DNA of 64,000 nucleotides from Octopus bimaculoides (GCF_001194135.2 NC_068984.1:24188325-24252324); one strand, 5' to 3'. Positions 1 through 13,603 are shown, numbered from the stretch's first letter. Program-made: numbers and translations. Notes: a model not told the origin generated them from the sequence alone.

Positions 1-394
1 GTGTTTATCCATCAGTTCTGCTGTTGTTCTTAAATTTACTTCAAAGTTATATATAAAGTTAAATTAACACAAACACACACACATTAACAGGATATATACA
101 CAAATAGATATATTAACAGGATGTATATATGAACAAGTCGACTAATGTTAAGGTCAGCTATTCATGTTTAGACAACATTGCTTCTAACTTTGCACACTAC
201 AAATGAAGCTAACACTCATCTACACAATCTCCATCCCTACCATAGTCCACTGACAGGTCTTGCCTCTTGAAAGCCGTGGTCTTTAGAGCCACCCTCCCAC
301 CATCAGATGGTATTATGAAATGCTATACAAGTATGGCAGCCACAACTTCACCTCTCAGTTCATCAGAACACTCTTGGACACATCAAATGGAGTA

Positions 395-495
395 AGCTGT
401 CTGTTTTGCATGGTTTCTATGGCTGGATGCTCTTCCTAACACCAACCACTTTACAGAGTGTACTGGATGCATTTTTTGTAACACCAGTACTAGTG
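395..495 (-). mobile_element. Truncated RTE-LINE 3' UTR/tail fragment
   Basis: Reverse complement matches the recurrent 'gtggttggtgttaggaagagcatccagcc..agaaaccatgc' tail seen in many copies in this window. Confidence 0.65.
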
Positions 496-499
496 AAGA

Positions 500-1310
500 A
501 TTGTTTACAACTTGCAAGAGAAAGAACATAAAGGGGCTCCTTCAACTGAGGGAGAACAGAAGAGAGAAGATGCAATGATTCTAAGCATGAAAATGAGGGA
601 AGGTAAAGCCAGGCGAGAAGAATAAAACCATGGATATGATAAGATGGTAGAGGTGAAAGTAACAGAACAGCAGAATAGACACTGATTAGGGGAGGGAACA
701 AGGGAAAGGGAAGGGATTAGTGTTAAAGAAAAGAAGTGGGCAGAATAGAAAAGTAACTTTCACTCTGTAAGGGATTGTGTGGGGAGGTTTAGGGCTATTG
801 AATATTACAAGGGTGAGTATGAACAGAAGGTGCGAGGGAAAGAGCACAGGGAGAGAAAACTAGACTAGAATGGTGAAAAATCCCTAGAGAGTAACTGAAG
901 GAAAGGAAGGTGTGGGAGTTGTGGGAGTAGGCCAGAGAGAAAGGGAAGGGGAAAGAAAGTGTTGAAGAGATGGAGAAGCTTTGATGAGAGGCAGTGAAGG
1001 AAAATGAGGCAGGAGGTAGGGACCCTTAGGTGAGTGCAGTGTAAGCAATGCAAGAAAGTGATGCTGGATGGGACCATCAAAGTAGAGGGAAAGAAGAGCA
1101 GTGTGTAAATGCAGAGAAAGCATCCTAGATGAGGAAGCTGAGGAAAGAAGATGGTGAGAAAAAGAAGAGTAGAAGGGAGCAATAGATGGATACAGCTTGA
1201 GCAATGAGAGAAATAAAGGCTTAAGAGGCATTGGCATAAAACATTGCAAGTACCAAAAGGTATTTATGTCATTAAGTGAGAAGTAACTCTCCAAAAGGGA
1301 CATAACTCAC
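500..1310 (-). mobile_element. Highly decayed retroelement relic (possibly Penelope-like N-terminal region)
   Basis: Strongly strand-biased purine tract. Minus-strand translation is S/L/P/H-rich and broken, similar in character to 34900-35640. Confidence 0.3.
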
Positions 1311-1444
1311 TGAATTCAAACATTCAATAAAATATGAGGTTGGTGTAATTGTGTAATTGACTAAAATCCTTTGAAGGTGATACTACAACATGGCTTCAGT
1401 CTTGTGCTAATAATATTTTATCTGTAACATTGATTTCATATTTT

Positions 1445-1640
1445 GGCACAAGGCCAGCAATTTTGTGGGAGGGAGTAAGTCATTTACATTGACCCCAGTG
1501 CTCAACTGGTACTTATTTTATGGCCCCCAAAATGATGAAAGTTAAAGTCGACCTCAGCAGTATTTGAACTTAGAATGTAAAGACGGACAAAATGTCACTA
1601 AATATTTTGCTTGGTGAGCTGACCATTCTACCAGCTCACT
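1445..1640 (-). mobile_element. SINE family B, degenerate copy
   Basis: Contains 'gaccccagtgctcaactggtacttattttat...aaagtcgacctc', the reverse complement of the 5817-6038 element. Confidence 0.7.
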
Positions 1641-2397
1641 ATTCCATTTTATCTGTAATATTGAAATTTAACCTTTCATGAGTCAGATGTTTCACAGAGA
1701 CTCGTTTAGCAACTTAGCTTATGCAGAGCTATTGGAGTACCACCAATACAGATTGGGGTAAGAATGGCTTAATTTCACAGCTCAAATACATATGGCTATA
1801 TATTTATATATTTATGACTTGTTTACTTCCTAAGTTGCCAATGTTAATAGCTGAAGTCCATTACTGCCACCAGTTTGGCAAGGAGAAAAGAATGAATCAT
1901 AATGAATTATTAAACAATGAGGAGAGTTGAAGGCTTAGTGCTCTTCCTCTTCTGCTGCAAAAGATCCCATTAGCTTAATTTCACAAAGAAATGAAATATG
2001 TATGGATATGAATGTGTATATATATTTCTGGGAGTGGTCTGCATGTTGGCATGTTTACCCAGCTAGCCTTAGCCAGAACTGCATGGTTCAGTTGCTATCT
2101 AGGAGTTCATGATCATTGTCTCTCTCTCTCTTGATTTGTTGATAACACACACACACACTTTTTAACATTGCTTATATGGAGCAGTTCAATGACCAGTAAA
2201 ATCAATAGAGCATTAGACAAAACATTTTGTGGTATTTGCTTACATCTCTTTATGATTTGAGTTCAAATCCTACCCAGTTTGACTTTGTTTGCTACTCTTC
2301 CAAAGTCAATAAAATTTATACACAACCTACAGGTACCAGGGTTGATACATCTCAGCTATAGCCCCTAAACGTAAAATTACATGTTATATTACTATAC

Positions 2398-2720
2398 AGG
2401 CATCGCTGTGTGGTTAAGAAGCTCACTTTTCAACTGTCCAATTGCACTGCCAAGTCTCTTCTATTATAGCCCCAGACTGATCTATACCTTGTGAGGGAAT
2501 TTGGCAGATAGAAACTGCCAAATTCCCTCACAAATGTGGAAGCCCATTGTGTGTGTGTGCATGACTTTGTATTTGTTCTCTTCACCACCACTCAGTAACT
2601 GGTGTTAGTTTGTTCATGTACCCATAACCTAGCAGTTTGCCAAAAGACACTGATAGAATGAGTACTAGACTTTAAAAAAAAAGTAAGTAGAGAGGTCAAT
2701 TTGTTTGACTAAACTCTTCA
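2398..2720 (+). mobile_element. SINE family A, degenerate copy
   Basis: 'gtgtggttaagaagc...ctattatagcc...gaaactg...gatagaatgagtactagac' colinear with 31995-32412. Confidence 0.7.
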
Positions 2721-2744
2721 AAAGGTTATGTCCCATCATGAAGC

Positions 2745-2785
2745 CTAATGAAGGCTGGAGTGCATATCAGCCGAAACGTGTTAAC
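2745..2785 (+). ncRNA. Hammerhead-like motif in a Penelope-type tail (core CUAAUGA variant)
   Basis: CTAATGA-A-GGCTG(gagtgcatat)CAGCC-GAAAC-GTGTT: perfect 5-bp stem II closed by GAAA. G5 position is A and stem I is not evident. Confidence 0.35.
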
Positions 2786-3163
2786 AACAAACAAGATGAG
2801 GACAAATATCCGTCAAATGTAAATAATGCAAAGGACAAAATAATAAAAATTATAAACCAAGTATACTAGTTTCAAAGAGGAAGTAAAACTGAGTCATATT
2901 TAGTGCTGAAAGCTTAAACTTTGGTTCTTGGCATTTGATTTTTCCAAAGTATCAACTTTCAAAATACTGAAAATTATAATTGTTATTGTCGTTGTTGTTT
3001 GGCTCCAAATCAGCCCTCACTGAGGAAACATATGATCAAAACTATCCCATGATTCTTCTACCTCTGTCCCCTTTTCATCAACTTTCATTTGAATCCTCAA
3101 ATAAACCTGAATCCAGTCATCATTCCATCTTCTCTGCCCCACTATTTCTGGGAGGGTTGTGGG

Positions 3164-3449
3164 TAGGACTGCGGAGTTGAAGCAAAAAACTATGACTCCA
3201 ACTCCTCTATTATTAGCACCTCTGACTCTGACTCCTCTTTATGTAATTAAGTGATTGTGGTCTACATATCTCATAAAGCATATGCATATGCTTGTATTTC
3301 GAGTAGGCTTATATGTTATAACTGGTTTATATTAAAGAACAAAGATATTGTGAATTGGAGTCAGAGTCGATATAGTTTTACATACTCTGACTCCAGCTAC
3401 CCTTAATAGTTTCCGACTCTGACTCCATGACTCCAATTCCATAGCCCTG
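3164..3449. mobile_element. MITE-like non-autonomous DNA element with GGAGTC/GACTCC subterminal repeats
   Basis: Left end 'taggactgcggagttg', right end 'ctccaattccatagccctg' (imperfect TIRs). Multiple internal gactcc/gactct repeats. Confidence 0.55.
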
Positions 3450-4038
3450 GTTGTGAGAGTAGAGTTCTCAGGTATTTCTTCTACAGGGTCAGTCCTATCA
3501 GAGGTAACCTTTGTTACATTTTCCAGCTGTATTTTTAAGTGTGACCAATGGAAACTATGCATATTATCCAACCATCTCATCCTTGGTCTACCCTTTGGTC
3601 ACCAACCAGTTGATTCATCTTGAAGAATCAGTCTTGTGAGTTAAAGGTATAAAGAGATATAAAGAAGAGAGAAAAGAAATGAGACTGCTTGACAGCCATG
3701 CCTTTCTCAAGAGCATTATTAATGGCACAGTGAAGTGAAATGGCTGCAACTACGAATGAAGGTTAGGTCATAGTAATTGCATTGTGGGTAAATTACTTGG
3801 TTTAGTAGAATATTATAACTTGTATTTGATGATGCCTTTTTTATGCCAGTCTCTCTCTTCCTTTCTTTCTCTATTTCTCTTTTCTAAATATCCCCCCTCC
3901 TCTCTCACATTCTATCTATCTTTCACTTAGCCTGCTATTACATATAGTTTCTCTTGCTTTGCTTGTTATACAGATTTTTCCATACCATTTTCCTTTTCTC
4001 ACATTTTATTACATTGATCAGTTCCCTTTCTCCCTCTG

Positions 4039-4079
<41 letters not shown>

Positions 4080-4732
4080 CACTCAGTATATTTTGTCTTT
4101 TTTAATTCTTTCCTTTCCCATGTTCTCTCAACTCTGTTCCATTCTCTCAACTCTCCAACCAGCCTTTACTTGTTTCCTGTTCACCACACTCTTTCAAACT
4201 TTCTGAAAGAGCCCTGTGTCATCATGATAGAGAACTAATTATGCTCGCTACAGTTATAGCTGTTATTTTAATTGTTGTTGTTATTATTGTTGAAACTTTT
4301 ACTGTTCATGGTGAAAGCTATTGTTGTAGTGGAGGATACCGTTTTATATGCATGTGTATATACATACACATACATATGTATGAGTATATATATATATATA
4401 TATATATACAAACACACACATCTAGTGCACTAATTATCAATAAACCACAGATTCAATACCACATTTGGTATAACAAAAGAACAGTAAAAAAAAAAAGAAG
4501 AAAATTAATGGTACAATTCTACATAATCAAAAAAGGAAAAAGTACAGTGTAGTTTGAGGGATGAAAAGAAAAAGAAAAAATAACAAACAAAACAAAGATA
4601 AAAGAACAATGAAATAACAATCCAAATGCTCATAAAAGATATAAAGGCTTACTAGAAACCTGAATATGAATATAACACATTTGTTACATTGAGCCTACTT
4701 TGAAGGTAAGATATCAAACACTATATCTTTAC

Positions 4733-4744
4733 CTGGCTAAACTT
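4733..4744 (-). CDS. Candidate 12-nt microexon (AAGTTTAGCCAG)
   Basis: Minus strand reads attgactgcctttacag|AAGTTTAGCCAG|gtaaag: good acceptor, TGC motif upstream, length divisible by 3. No protein identity. Confidence 0.2.
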
Positions 4745-5664
4745 CTGTAAAGGCAGTCAATTGATAATATTGATTTTCTAATTAGGAGGTCAAATTTTGT
4801 AGAGAAACAGTATTCCATTTAGCCATTGGCAATCCACTGCTGGATGAAAGCCTCAAAATGCTGTTGACGGTTGGTTTATCTAAGCTGGTTGTAGGTCCAG
4901 CTATCAGTACCTAGGCAGAATTTGAAATCAGAATGTATAAAAGCATCTCAGCTGACATCTTCAAATCCATTGCTCCAAACTGGCACTTTAATTATCACTC
5001 ATGAAATAATGACAGGCAAAGTTGACTATTACAGGATTTGAATTCAGGTCACAGAGAGCTTGAATGAATATCACATTGCATTCCATCAACTACTCTGATG
5101 ATTCTGCCAACGTGCCTATTCTGATAACAATGTATAAATTACAGTGTCAATTAAAATGATAGAACTATATCATATTTAAAGAAAATGTGGGCTCACCTAC
5201 ATGGTTACTTTACCTGCTAGAAATAGCAACTAAATCTCCTTGAAATTACACCCTACAGTTTGACAAAGGAGAGACAGATTAGATAATGTAATTCCTTATG
5301 AACAAAGCCTGACAGAAGAGCAGGATGGTCATGACTGAAACAAGATGGAGCTTTGGTCATAGGTCTACTCAGCCATAAGTGAGCTGGGGTTCAACGTCAA
5401 TAACTGGTATGTATCACATTCACCACTCCTCTTCCACTACAAGAATAAAAGACAGAGTCAACCTTGGTGGAATTATACTCAGGATATGAAAGAGCAAAGC
5501 TGAATACTGAGATGGATATGACTCTAGTACTCAACTGTTTTGACCTAATTATCTTTTACACATGGATGATATCAATAAAGGTCAAAGAGTAAGTTGAAGG
5601 ACATAAGATTAAATATCTGAACTACAGTATCTATTTTCAAAAGTTTTGTGATCAACTCTAGGTG

Positions 5665-6305
5665 CAGATGTGGCTGAGTGGTAAGAAACTTGCTTCCAAA
5701 CCACATGGTTCTGGGTTCAGTCCCACGGGGTGGAAACTTGGGAGAGTGTCTCCTACTATAGCCTCAGACCAACCAAAGCCTTGTGAGTGGATTCAATTGA
5801 TGGAAACTGAAAAAAGAGGTGGCGAGCTGGTAGAAATGTTAGTACGCCGGGCGAAATGCTTAGCGGTATTTCGTCTGCCGCTACGTTCTGAGTTCAAATT
5901 CCGCCGAGGTCAACTTTGCCTTTCATCCTTTCGGGGGTCGATAAATTAAGTACCAGTTACGCACTGAGGCCGATGTAATCGACTTAATTCCTTGTTTGTC
6001 CCCTCTATGTTTAGCCCCTTGTGGGCAGTAAAGAAATAGGAAACTGAAAAAAGCCCATCATATATATATATGTACATATGTGTGTGTGTGTCTTTGTTAC
6101 CCACCACTACTTGACAACTGATGTTGGTGTGTTTATGTCCCTTTAACTTAGCAGTTCAGCAAAAGGAATTGATAGAATAAGTACCAGGCTTAAAAAAAAA
6201 AATGAAAATATGTATTGGGTTCAATTCATTTGTCTAAAAATCCTTCAAGGCACTGCCCCAGCATGGTCACAGTCTAATGATTGAAACAAGAAAAAGATAA
6301 AAGAT
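5665..6305 (+). mobile_element. SINE family A copy interrupted by a nested family B SINE
   Basis: Family A head at 5665-5816 resumes at 6039 and ends in the 'gaaacaagaaaaagataaaag' tail. Confidence 0.85.
5817..6038 (+). mobile_element. Young SINE family B insertion with 15-bp TSD
   Basis: Identical ggaaactgaaaaaag at 5802-5816 and 6039-6053. CpG-rich body 'ggcgagctggtagaaatgttagtacgccggg...'. Confidence 0.9.
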
Positions 6306-7779
6306 AAAAAGAACATCCTCCTTTTTTTAGTTTTTGTTTTGTCTTATCCTTTAAAACAGTTAATAAAAGAACCATCAGTGGTAATAAAATATATTGAAAT
6401 TTCAATAAAAATCAACTATTCATGCTCATATACAAACATTAGCTTTGTCAAATAAAATAATATAACATATTTCATAGTATAATATGATGCTACAGAATTT
6501 AGAAGATATCACTCAAAAGTGATGCAAATATAATCAAATACTAAATACTTGCCTTAGCTGTCATGACCGCTTTATCTTCTTCCAAAGCATAAGGCAACAA
6601 GGAACATATCCAATGTGTAATTACTTCATTTTAAGAAAGTATAGTGTGATTAAATGGAGATTTGGTTGCTATGTCTAGCCGGTTCAGTGACTGCTTAGAG
6701 CAGTCACAGGCAAACTGCGACCAGCAGGTCTTTCTGAATAGTATGCCTAAATGAGAAATTACCTTAAATTATTTTTGGTAGAACAACTCATCTAATGAGG
6801 AACCATGTTTCCTGAGACCCACTTCTTGAAAAAGGTTGCCTATGTCTGGCTTAGAGGTTCTCACATTGGCACATTATCACAGATAATTAGTTCTGTTGGT
6901 TTCAAACAAAGAGATAAATAGGGATTTTGACAGTCCTTATTTTCTCAAGAGCACTAACAAAATAACTCAGGAGCAATAGTTTCAACGTGGGATCAAATAC
7001 TGTCATAGCATAATACAATAGAACAACATGAAACTCTAGCAACCACAATTCAATATAATCTTTTAACAACAAAAACTTATTAAGACCAACAAAAACTTGT
7101 TAAGTAAGCACCACCAGCGATACTGTCTAAACAATGAAAAATATTCCAAAGACTAAACAGAAATTGATCCTTAAGTTGTTTGATTTGCTTATCTCTCTGC
7201 CATTTCCATCCGGTATCTCTTTCTCCCTCTGTCCCCACTCACTCTCTATCTATCAATCTCTCTTCCTAGCAGTCTTTCTTCTTCTCCTGCAATTAAAATG
7301 TATCTTCCATAAATGTTAATATTGGTGTTATATCAAGAAGACAAGAATGTAAGGTTTCTTCCAATAACAACACTCTAATTTATGATCCATGGCAGCAGAC
7401 AATATCTCATCATTTGCAACAAAGATAAGCTTTCTAAAATGAAAGATAAGCAAATAAAAGAAAATGGAAACCCTGTTATGATAAACATGCATTAAGAGCA
7501 TATTTAGAAGCCCAGTTATAGCCAACCAGACTCAAGTTTAAATAATGTGAAACAATAACTTATCTGTCCATTATTATCTCATCTCCACCAACCCAACACT
7601 ACCGTATTTCAGCTGAGAAACTGATAAAGAAGGTAGCAGCGAGGAATTTATAAAGAAATTACATTTACGCTTTTAATGATTAATTACCAAAGGTAAATAT
7701 AAACCAGTGAACCAAGATTTTGAATGTGCTTAATTTTGTTTCATTTCAATATTTTCTGCATTTTGTTATTCATCATCTT

Positions 7780-8010
7780 TTTGTTGTAGATGATGATGAT
7801 GATGATGAGGAGGAGGAGGTGGAGGAGGAGGATGACGACGACATCAAAGACAACATTGGTAGCTGTAATGATGGTGATGGTGCTGGTGGTAATGGTGTTG
7901 ACAATGATAATGATGGCAGTGATGGTGTTGGCGATGATGATGGTGGTGGTGATGAAGCTGATGCTAATAATGATGTTGCTCATTTTGTTATTGCTACTGT
8001 AACAATGAAG
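7780..8010. repeat. Compound trinucleotide low-complexity tract (GAT/GAG/GGT)
   Basis: Mosaic of gat, gag, ggt and gac triplets giving homopolymeric ORFs in several frames. Confidence 0.85.
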
Positions 8011-8879
8011 AAACTGAAAATACCAAGCAGGATTCAAAAGCCTAATCAAGCTTAGTGTTGTTGTCATCACTGTCTTACCCAATAACATTAATATTACCAC
8101 CATCATCATTCCTTGTCATCACCAATGTCACCGCCTACATCATACAGCCTAGGTATATTGCAAGATTGCTTTTCCAACTTAAATTCTGCTTTTTTCCCTC
8201 AATTCTTCACATCCTTCATTAGTTTGCCTGTCAGGCCCAATTCCCAATGTCTTCCGTCATTTACCACAATATTTCTAAGTTTTCCCCCATCTCTCTGCAC
8301 TAATTGCTGTTAACCATTAGCCTGATGCACTATCTATAAAAAAAATCCATACTCTACCATTCAGTACTTGATGTCTACACTTCACAAACATGAATTCAAA
8401 TACAGCTCAAACTGTAAAACCATGCTATATCTACTTCATAACTAAGCAAATGTATTTTACTTTTTCTTTTTGTTTGTTAATATTAAATCTAGACAAAGTA
8501 AGATTGATGCAGATGGCCAAGAAAGTAACAAAGCAAATTAGTGTTTTACTCTACTTGATACCCTACTGATTTGAGTTGCAATCCTACCAAGGTCAAATTA
8601 GCTTTTCATTCCTTCATGGGCCAACGAAATAACTATCAGTAATGAGGTCAGTTCAACTGGTTATATAACACTATATAAAAACTAGGCTATATGTTGAGTC
8701 AAAAAGGCAAAATCAATATCTATGGTGAGACAAATTTGATGCCTTGCTTCAAGTTCGAATTCTGAAACTGTCCACTTACATTTCATCCTTCTGTGAGTCA
8801 ATAATATAACAACAGGAAGCTATCGAATGACTAGGAACAACCCCATATATGTTGTTTCAAAACTACTAGCAGACAAACC

Positions 8880-10500
8880 ATACTTTTAACTATGGTATTC
8901 ACAGATGAATTTTTATGGGGTGCTGTGTGGCAGTTTGGACATAGCCTTTCTTCTGCTCAGTCTATTTTTGTATGCCTGCTCTGTACTTACTGCTGGTGGT
9001 ACATCCCAGCCAGTGAGACTATTGATGTTTCAACTATTTCTGTATGTATATGATTGTAGTAGTGACATAAGATTTTGTATAAGTATTTTAGACTTTGGAG
9101 ATAGTTGTTTTTGTATGGCATAGATTGTGGAAGTTGAAGCTTCCTGTAACAACAAAGCATGTCTTTTACAGGTCTAGGTGGTCTTTTCCTTTATTGTACT
9201 TTCACTTCATTTTCATAGCTGGTCTATGTGTGTGACCCATTGTAATGTGAAGTGTGCTGTTTTGTGTTCTTTGTTATATATTTTTTGTGGAGATCAAAGG
9301 CCTAGTCAGGGATATTACAATCCATGATGGAGTTAAAGGGTTGTTTGTATACCAGAGTTTTTCTTTCTGCTGGCCAAATGTAGTAACTGAGAATGTTCTA
9401 AGTATGCTTATACATTAATTAGTTTCTTTGCTGTTTCCAGCATGCCCTATGAATGTTGTAGAGAAATTGTATGTAACTCCTAATATTTCTGTTTTATATC
9501 ACTGTGGTATGTTTATGTTAATGATGGTGTTGTGTGGTTGTATTTGAGGTATTCTGATGTCATTTGTCAGAAGGAAGACAGTGTATTTGATGGGGTGAGT
9601 GACACTAGAATGTTGTTGTGAAGTCAAGTTCTTAAGTGTCTGATGAGGAAGTGGAGTAATTGTGAGGTTGTGTCTTGAGAATAGTGGGAGGTTGTGAGTG
9701 TGATATCATTTGTGTGTGAAGCTGTATGAATATGCATATAGGAATAGTTGAAATTTACAAAAAATCAAAAGATGAAGACAGGTGTATGAACACCAAGCAG
9801 GTGTATTAGTTTGATGCTCAGGAAAGTGAGAAAGTCTTTTACGTTTCAAGCCTATGCTCTTCAACATACAGGTATAACTTGAAAAGAGTGGGTAGGAGAA
9901 GAGACCTTTGTGGTACTCTATTTGAGAGATTGCAAAAGTTGGAAGTGCTGTTCTTGTACATAACATGGTTTGGCAACCTGAAAGATAGTTTGCCAACCAG
10001 AATTTTGTGTTGTTTCTTAAGGAAGTGTTAAACATTCGGTGTATAAATGAGCGGCCAAGAATGGAATCAATAACTTTGCTGATGTTGATGGTAGTTAGAA
10101 TGGTGTGCGATAGGAATTTTCATTGTTACTGATGCTATCATGTATCCTTTGTGTTAGGGTCATGAGTTGTGTGGTAGTAGAATGTATTGGTCTGAATCTG
10201 TGTTGTGATTTGGAAAGAAGAATGTGGCAGTTAGTAATGTCAAAGGTGAGTCTTTCTAAAATTGTTGAGGGTCTATGTGGTTCTATTATATTTGGATTTT
10301 AGTTGATTTTTCAAATTACTATGATTCTAGGGTGTTTGGTTGTATTGCAATAAGTGGTTGTCAATAACTGATGAATGCATGCGATTCCTTCAGGCTTTAG
10401 GTATCTTACATAAATGTTTGATTTTGTAAGACTCTGAAGCTTTTGAGGTTTTAGATTTCCAAATAACTTTGTTGTTGTCTGATGAAAGGAAATAATCAAA
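8880..10500 (-). mobile_element. Decayed Penelope-like element reverse transcriptase relic
   Basis: Reverse complement near 9216-9250 reads 'attacaatgggtcacacacatagaccagcta', a frameshifted version of the PLE GxAMGTxxAPxYA motif. Many stops. Confidence 0.55.
9745..9871 (-). ncRNA. Short tail module carrying a degenerate hammerhead-like motif
   Basis: Minus strand 9871-9836 reads ctgt-ATGTTGA-A-GAGC(atag)GCTT-GAAAC-GTA-aaag. Module homologous to 62030-62160. Confidence 0.45.
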
Positions 10501-10511
10501 ATCATGGTCTA

Positions 10512-10760
10512 TTTCATCATCATCATCATCATTTAACGTCCGCTTTCCATGCTAGCATGGGTTGGACGATTTGGCTGAGGACTGGTGAAACCAGATGGCT
10601 ACACCAGGCTCCAATCTGATTTGGCAGAGTTTCTACAGCTGGATGTCCTTCCTAACGCCAACCACTCAGAGAGTGTAGTGGGTGCTTTTACGTGTCACCC
10701 GTACGAAGGCCAGTCAGGCGGTACTGACAACGGCCACGCTCAAAATGTGTATTTTTCATC
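10512..10760 (-). mobile_element. RTE-LINE 3' UTR, young copy
   Basis: (cat)n tail then 'ttaacgtccgctttccatgctagcatgggttggacgattt...', near-identical to 50460-50685 and 56645-56855. Confidence 0.85.
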
Positions 10761-13354
10761 TTATGTTCTTGCTGTCTTCATGTCCTTTTTGGTGGCTAAT
10801 TTTCACAAACTATTATTACGGGCATTTGCTTGATGTTGGTAGGTAGTTGTGTTGTAGTTTATATTGAATAAAATCATTGACCACATTTTTGGGGTAGTTT
10901 ATTCTTTTGTCATTTCTTCATTTAGCTGTTTAGTAGTGTTTACTGTTGTTGTGAGTATGCTTGGTGTATTGTGTTTGGGGTTGTCCCTTAGGACAGAAAT
11001 AAATAATCAAACAGATAAATATAAGACAAATAGATTCAGTTCAGTGCATGATAAATTGCTTGGGGTATTCTGATTAGATGCCTTTTCTACCCTCAACCCT
11101 TTACTGATTGTTCTATCATTTAACCTTGCATGATAAAGAACCCCTTCTGCTCTGCATCAGTGTTGATTGAGACTGGCTCTTGTCATAGATGGCTGACTTT
11201 CACTGCAGCTAAATAAGCCATACTCATTCTAGTTCAGTATTCGAAACTAAAGGAAGTGAGAGCAAATGATAGTAAGGTAAATCATGCAGAAGTTTGCCAA
11301 TAAAAGGGGACATTATCAATACATGGTATGCTGCAAAATGGCAATGGGGAGGAGATGAAAGAAAGTATCTCAATGATCAACCAATAACAGTGTCTTTCAA
11401 CGGTTACTAGAAGTAGCAGCTGAATCTCTCTCACATCAATCTTAATTGCTTGAAAAGTGGAAGGATACATCACATAATATGATCTGACATGCACACAGAT
11501 GGAAAGAAAGACAAGATGGTCACAGCTTGAAAGCTTTTCACTATAGATCTGCTCAATCAGTGTTGATTTCAGACCAAACAACAACCATAACAACAATCTA
11601 CTAAGTTATCAATTGAAAATCAAAATATCACAGAAATATGATGAAATACAACAAAGATATAAAAAAATCTATAAAAAACTGGAAGCTTAGAAGCAAATGA
11701 CATTTTGACAGAGGCATTACTAGACATGTATGTATTAATACATATTAATGAGAGAATTATGTAAAAGACTTCTTACCCAAATGAAAGCCAATTTTAAAAT
11801 GGTTGGTTAGAAGATTATGATTCACCTATTCTGACTCAAAAGTTCTCAAAGACTTTACACAATTAATACAGGAAGTTATAAATTAAAATTAAAGAAGTAA
11901 ATCATTACAATCAGTCGTAGCATTAAATAAAATATGAAGAAATTATATCCTACGAAACTGAACGAAGCAATAAATATACAAAAGTTGTAGTGGAATTTCT
12001 GGTGGGCTGCAAAAATTTTTTTTAGACATGATGCAATGTTTAGAAGTTGACACAATAAGGGATGAAATGAAGTCTATAAACTACCCAGATGTCCTAGCTA
12101 GAGGTAGCAGCTAGGTAACATGATGAGAGCGTGATGCTATTTCTAAGTTTGTTTTGCAATGACAAAGTTTTAAGCTCAATTTCAACATGTGGGACCTTGG
12201 ACAAATATCTTCTAAAGTAGACTTGGGTTGACCCAAGTCTTATGAGTGAAACTGAATACACAGTCCACTTTCAGTGGACTGTATTTCTAATCAAAAGGGC
12301 CAGGCCTGGTCCATGATGATTCTCTCTGAGGATTATGTTAAAGAAACAAGTAGATACTCAGCCATTTACCTTATAATACAAAGAGCAGGTAGATTTATTG
12401 CTCAAACAATTCAAAAACTCATCAGTCATGGTCCCGCTCATTTCTACTCACATTGTACCTTGATGGTGTATCCTAACTCCTCTTTACCACTATTTTTATC
12501 TCTTCCCAGATCCACCCAATCAATCTCGCCACCATCTCTTCTAACTAAAATCTGAGTAGTCATGTAGCGCCTCTACAGCAAGAAACCTGTTCTATTCTGG
12601 TTCTTTTTCCTCGTAATTTATTCCTCTCTATTCCTTATCTTCTAATATAAAGTTGCCTCCTTGGAAACTTAACGGATGCTAATGGCATGAATAAAAGTTC
12701 CAAATACCTGCTATAAAGTGGTAGATGTTAGCAAGAGCATCCAACTGTAGAAGCCTTGCCAAAGCAAACACTGGAGTACAATGTAGTCCTTGAACACATC
12801 AAATCCTGTCAAACTGTCCAATCCATGCCAGCATGGAACATTGATGTTAAATGATGATGATGATGATCATCATCATTACAACTGACACAATCTACTGATA
12901 TTAAAAGGTTCCCCTTCTTGTAAAAAAGATAGAATGTTTGAAGCATACATAATAGGTGTGATACTGCATAGTAATAAGACATTGACACATGAAGAACCAA
13001 TAAAGTATCATCAACATGATCAGTTGGCCTGCTAGAAATAGAAAATCTCCCTCAAATCGTATCCTACTGTTTAAAAAGGGACACATTGAATAATGTGGAC
13101 TTTTGTGCACCATACTGGAGAAAAAGATGGGACGGTCGCAGCTGAAATGCTTTAGGCTATGGATTGGCTTTATTAGATCTGACTTGGAGCTTAAGAGCAA
13201 CATAGGCACAAAATCTGGATGACTTGAATAGATGTTTCATTGTTTTTGAGATAGTTAGAGAGAGTAGGGTAAGAGCCCATAGTCTTTGGAAACTCTCAGA
13301 CTGGTGATATTGCAACAGTTGATATTCAGTTTTAAATTTGGCAAGGAAACATTA

Positions 13355-13572
13355 CACTTTACTCTTTTACTTGTTTCAGTCATTTGACTATGGCCATGCT
13401 GGAGCACCACCTTTAGTCGAGCAAATCGACCCCAGGACTTATTCTTTGGAAGCCCAGTACTTATTCTATCGGTCTCTTTTGCTGAACCACTAAGTTATGG
13501 GGGACGTAAACACACCAGCATCAGTTGTCAAGCAATGTTGGGGGGGGGGGGGAAACACAGACACATAAACAT

Positions 13573-13603
<31 letters not shown>

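Noticed and set aside
6551-6625. Minus reading ITHWICSLLPYALEEDKAVMTAK ending at a GC-type donor (AAG|GCAAGT)
   Set aside because: The acceptor is poor and abuts a repeat. No recognised homology.
7720-8109. D/E/G-rich, poly-M/V and poly-I ORFs
   Set aside because: All are readings of one compound trinucleotide microsatellite. Open in several frames, with no splice or domain support.
10585-10833. Recurrent 'MKPDG..RLQSDLAEFLQLDALPNANHSESVVGAF' and 'MPVPPDWPS..' ORFs (also 29077, 50358, 55992, 56594)
   Set aside because: Chance translations of the RTE 3' UTR repeat on either strand, not a gene family.
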